Origin: an uncultured delta proteobacterium
GTDB lineage: Bacteria; Desulfobacterota; Desulfobacteria; Desulfobacterales; JAHEIW01
Reading direction: 5' to 3'
Assembly (NCBI GenBank): GCA_963706575.1
Contig: CAVPNL010000012.1
Span: forward strand, 160,001-224,000
Length of the DNA: 64,000 nt
The translations under genes and the position numbers were made by a program. The notes under the pieces were generated by a model. That model was not told the origin of the DNA, did no database searches, and saw nothing but the letters and a program-made list of their open reading frames with translations. Positions 60,684 through 64,000 of the stretch are shown piece by piece (the stretch's first letter is position 1; each line of letters opens with the position of its first letter).

Positions 60684-62468
60684 CTACTTGCGGTTGGCTT
60701 CCGCCAGAGCTGCCAGGCCCAGAACGGTTTCGAGCTGGGATTTTAGCGGATTTTGATTTAAGGCATTCAAATGATCAAGCTGGCCTTTTAACTTCTCAAA
60801 GGCCTTGCCGCTGATCCGTTCGCTGGAGGCGGCCACCCGGATGCACAGCTGCAGGATGAAAAAACTTAAAAACAGGATCAGGCCGATAGCCCAGAAGGCG
60901 TGCATAAAAAAATCACCCGAAAGATAACTGCCGCTAAAGAAAGTCTGCAGGGTTAACCAGCCACAGTAGCCCAGGAATGCGACGGCGGGCAGGTTAAAAA
61001 GGGCTTGCAGGATCAGACCGCTGAGCTTGGCGGTTAAGCGTTCGAGTTCGGCGTCTAAAGCGTCCGTCCAGATGGCCGCGAGCTTGTGCTCGAAATCTTC
61101 CGTGCCGCTCAATGCATCTTCCACTTTGCGAATCGAGCTGTCAAAGCCGCCCTGGACCATCGATCTGGCAATCTCCGGCCAGTTTTCCAGGACCACAAGC
61201 CGGTAATTCCTGAAAGCCGCTGTCATCTGTCGATCCTTTTGGGGATCTTCAATTACCGCTTGGGTTTCCTTCGAGCGCTTTAGCGCCGAGAGCGTGCTCA
61301 ATACCTGGCGCACCGGGCGGCCGTGTCGAAAAACAGCCATGATGCCGCTGCTAAAAATCAACAGCCGCGCCCAGATGGCAATCATCCATCCCATGGGGCC
61401 CAGCCACCGCTGGGCCAGCTTCTGGTAAACCAGGACATTCAGCCCGAGCAAGGGCTGCACTCCGCTTGCCTGCATGCCGCAAACAGCGCTGCCCAGTGCC
61501 TTCTTTTCGGTATCGATAATCGCGCCGGCCGCATCAGCCAAAACAGCTTTATTTTTCAGCACTTCGACACCGGCTTCCTCAAAGACAAAGTCCCGCAGGC
61601 GTTGAGCGTTTTCAATTCGGCGGTCGATGACATATCCGGCCCGGTTGATGGTGTTTACCACCAGTTGTTTCAGATCCTCAAATTCATCAAAATCATGTCG
61701 GGGACCGGCGTCGGCGTCCCAGTCTGGATCTTGCAGGTTCCGTCGGGCGGATATACAAAACACCCGATCGGCCGGCATTTGCCAGCCCATCCGGATGTGC
61801 TCGAGAAAATCCGGCACAATTTGATTTTTGAGTTCGGGTTCATCCAACCGGTCGCATTTGTTCAGGACGCAAACCAGAGATTCTCCGCTGAATTTTCGGA
61901 TGAATGGCGCCAAAAAATCCAGGTGATCGCGTCTCTTGGGGTTTTCGGCGTCAAACACACAGATCAGCATATCGGATTTGGCAATGGCCCGTTCAACCAG
62001 AGGGATATGTTTCTTAAACGCCCGGCTGTCCGTATCGGGGGTATCGATCAAAAGCACATGCTCGAAATCTTCGGCTGCCGGGGTTGAACGCGTTTCGACG
62101 ATTTCGCTGTCAAGGGCCTCGATGAGTTGCATGCCATCGTCTGGATTCCCGCTAAAAATGATGAGATGATCGGTGGTCGGCCGCCGATGGCCGATCTCTG
62201 AAAGATCATCCACACCGGCCAATGCATTTAAGAGGGTGGATTTACCCGAACCGCTGGGCCCGACAAGCGTGACCACCAGCTTGCGGTCGAAGCGCTCGGC
62301 GATGCCTTCGATCATGCCAATCGCCTGGCTGCATTGTTTTTCAAGCCGGCGGCCCGGAAGCCACAGGGGCGCATCGCTGAGTTCGGAATTCAGCCGGTGC
62401 AAATCATTTTTAAATCCCTCTATTCTGCCCATGGCCTTTAAGAGAGCTTTCTGGCGATCTAAATTCAT
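60684..62468 (-). CDS. dynamin-like/TRAFAC GTPase with C-terminal TM helices
   Basis: GPSGSGKS, RPTT, DTPD and NKCD G-motifs. Confidence 0.85.
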   Translation of the reverse strand: MNLDRQKALLKAMGRIEGFKNDLHRLNSELSDAPLWLPGRRLEKQCSQAIGMIEGIAERFDRKLVVTLVGPSGSGKSTLLNALAGVDDLSEIGHRRPTTDHLIIFSGNPDDGMQLIEALDSEIVETRSTPAAEDFEHVLLIDTPDTDSRAFKKHIPLVERAIAKSDMLICVFDAENPKRRDHLDFLAPFIRKFSGESLVCVLNKCDRLDEPELKNQIVPDFLEHIRMGWQMPADRVFCISARRNLQDPDWDADAGPRHDFDEFEDLKQLVVNTINRAGYVIDRRIENAQRLRDFVFEEAGVEVLKNKAVLADAAGAIIDTEKKALGSAVCGMQASGVQPLLGLNVLVYQKLAQRWLGPMGWMIAIWARLLIFSSGIMAVFRHGRPVRQVLSTLSALKRSKETQAVIEDPQKDRQMTAAFRNYRLVVLENWPEIARSMVQGGFDSSIRKVEDALSGTEDFEHKLAAIWTDALDAELERLTAKLSGLILQALFNLPAVAFLGYCGWLTLQTFFSGSYLSGDFFMHAFWAIGLILFLSFFILQLCIRVAASSERISGKAFEKLKGQLDHLNALNQNPLKSQLETVLGLAALAEANRK

Positions 62469-62471
62469 TTT

Positions 62472-64000
62472 TTAGTTTATTTCCTCCGCGCAGATATTCA
62501 TGCTGCTTTGGATGTCGGAAACCATGGTGGCTGCCTGCTCAATGGTCTCGTTGGCGTTGCGGATCGTACCGGCGGTAATCGTTTCTTCAAAAAGCTGCTG
62601 CACTTTTTTTAATTTGTGATTAAACCAGGCCTGGGCAATGGGCTTCAGCATGGTTTTGAGCTGCTGTTGATCGGCCTTTTTCAACTGGGTCGTCACCGGT
62701 ATGGCAACCAGTGCGTAAAGGTCTTTGGCACCGAAAAGGCCGGTCAATTTCACTTTGATCCCGGCAGCACCGACCGGGTCACCGGTGGACAGGACATAGG
62801 TAACTGCCGCGGTGGCCGGCAGCACGTTCAGCGAGGCCCAAAAGGTCTGACTGATTTTGGACCAGATCCCCATTTTGCTGCGAAAATGGTCGGCCAGCTT
62901 TTTTAGATCCGCCAGCATGTCTTTGGGAATGTCCACCAGTTCTTCCTTTTGGGAAAGGATTGTTTGCAGCATGGACCGAAAATCCTGATCCCGCAACCGC
63001 TCCTGTTCCGCAAAAACCGACGGATGGGTATCAACAAAAATACGCAGAATCTGATCTTGCTCGGCGGATTCCGCCCGGGGGTTTTGCGCAGCGGGATTCT
63101 CCCGTTGCACGCGAATGCGATCCACCAGATCAGACATCCGCTTGACAACCGGATCGTTTAACGATCCGGTAACGGTAATCTGGGGGCCGATGGCCTGGGC
63201 ATGCAAACTGGTTACCGCGGTGACCAGATCTTCTTCCAGCTTTTTGTTAAAATCTCCGGAATCCGCCGGCGCGGCTTTGCCGGAGGCGAGGCGGTCTTTG
63301 GCCCAGCCGGCGGCTCCGAACAGTACTTTCAGTGGAAACTCGATCACATTGCCGGTTTTGCGCATAAGCTTGATGTGGGGCGGATCGGTTTTGGCCCAGA
63401 TTTTGGCAAAGCGCTTCATGACGCGGTCCATCGGGAAATGTTTGAGGGCCTCATGCACGTATTGGCTCTGGACGGTCTGAAAGGCATCCAAATAAAGTTG
63501 CAGCTCATCCAGGGAGCATTGCGCATCGGCAAGGAGGTTTTCGGCTTTTTTCAGTGTATCTTTTAATATCGAAGCGTGCAGTTCAAGTCGCAATTCGGGT
63601 GCGTCAACGGCTGTCAGGGCAGAAAGAAATTCGAGGCCATCGTCCGGAACGGGCCGCAGCTTCATGAAACTTTTTTCAGCTGCCACCCGGTTGTCTTCGT
63701 CGGCACGGTAAATCCCCAGAAGGTTATTTTCGGCATCATCACCGTAAATACCACCGGCCACGGTCATGGCATGCTCGCGCACCTCCTGGTCGGTAAAGCT
63801 GGGATAAACGCGATAGATCAGGAAACACTTGCGGGTACCGATGCCGGTGAGCATCTGGGACATAAAATCGGTGTTGTCCCGGTTGTTGTAATTGGAATTG
63901 GTAAAAATATAAATAAACATATCCGAGGCTTCCAGGGCCAGACGGGTCACGTCCCGGTTGACGTACGCACCTCCGGCACCGGTGTCAAAGTCAGGCGTAT
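62472..64000 (-). CDS. dynamin-like GTPase-family protein, 5' end outside the window
   Basis: Open frame to the window edge, reading TPDFDTG (G3-like) at about 63980-64000; helical C-terminus. Confidence 0.7.
   Translation of the reverse strand, partial: TPDFDTGAGGAYVNRDVTRLALEASDMFIYIFTNSNYNNRDNTDFMSQMLTGIGTRKCFLIYRVYPSFTDQEVREHAMTVAGGIYGDDAENNLLGIYRADEDNRVAAEKSFMKLRPVPDDGLEFLSALTAVDAPELRLELHASILKDTLKKAENLLADAQCSLDELQLYLDAFQTVQSQYVHEALKHFPMDRVMKRFAKIWAKTDPPHIKLMRKTGNVIEFPLKVLFGAAGWAKDRLASGKAAPADSGDFNKKLEEDLVTAVTSLHAQAIGPQITVTGSLNDPVVKRMSDLVDRIRVQRENPAAQNPRAESAEQDQILRIFVDTHPSVFAEQERLRDQDFRSMLQTILSQKEELVDIPKDMLADLKKLADHFRSKMGIWSKISQTFWASLNVLPATAAVTYVLSTGDPVGAAGIKVKLTGLFGAKDLYALVAIPVTTQLKKADQQQLKTMLKPIAQAWFNHKLKKVQQLFEETITAGTIRNANETIEQAATMVSDIQSSMNICAEEIN

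Noticed and set aside
58867..62087. Long antisense ORFs (58867-59538, 61323-62087; also 36447-37058, 40809-41432)
   Set aside because: They lie opposite well-supported genes and show no motifs; treated as shadow ORFs.
1..64000. tRNA or rRNA genes
   Set aside because: No cloverleaf or rRNA signature recognised by eye. tRNAscan-SE was not run.

Overview
64 kb of chromosome from an anaerobic deltaproteobacterium, most likely Desulfobacterales-like (inferred from gene content and intergenic repeat families). (1) 1-15.6 kb: the 3' part of a type II FAS/PKS-like lipid or polyene biosynthetic cluster, with ketosynthases, chain-length-factor-like partners, ACP, three B12-dependent radical SAM enzymes, GT2-DUF2062, an acyltransferase and a PagL-like deacylase. 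A Tat-lipoprotein carotenoid oxygenase lies next to it. This part has many single-base frameshifts, probably assembly errors. (2) 15.9-44 kb: housekeeping and metabolic genes (PPIase, FIST plus hybrid kinase, 2-oxoacid:ferredoxin oxidoreductase operon, acyl-CoA dehydrogenase, Fe-ADH) separated by many palindromic MITE/REP-like repeats. Two copies of one repeat carry a flipped central core. (3) 44.1-54.9 kb: an island bounded by a 17-bp direct repeat, with shared tandem TGTCAGTT motifs near both ends and no integrase of its own. It carries cassette-like genes separated by conserved repeats, a three-gene toxin-antitoxin-like operon, and a 2.1-kb element made of only two tyrosine recombinases between perfect 14-bp inverted repeats and a 7-bp direct repeat. 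That element is inserted into one copy of a repeated site. (4) 55-64 kb: a UGA-readthrough rhodanese selenoprotein candidate, candidate sRNAs (one behind NrdR-like boxes), a protease-TPR protein, a thioesterase and two tandem dynamin-like GTPases. No tRNA, rRNA or CRISPR array was seen. Family names come from motif recognition by eye, not from database searches.
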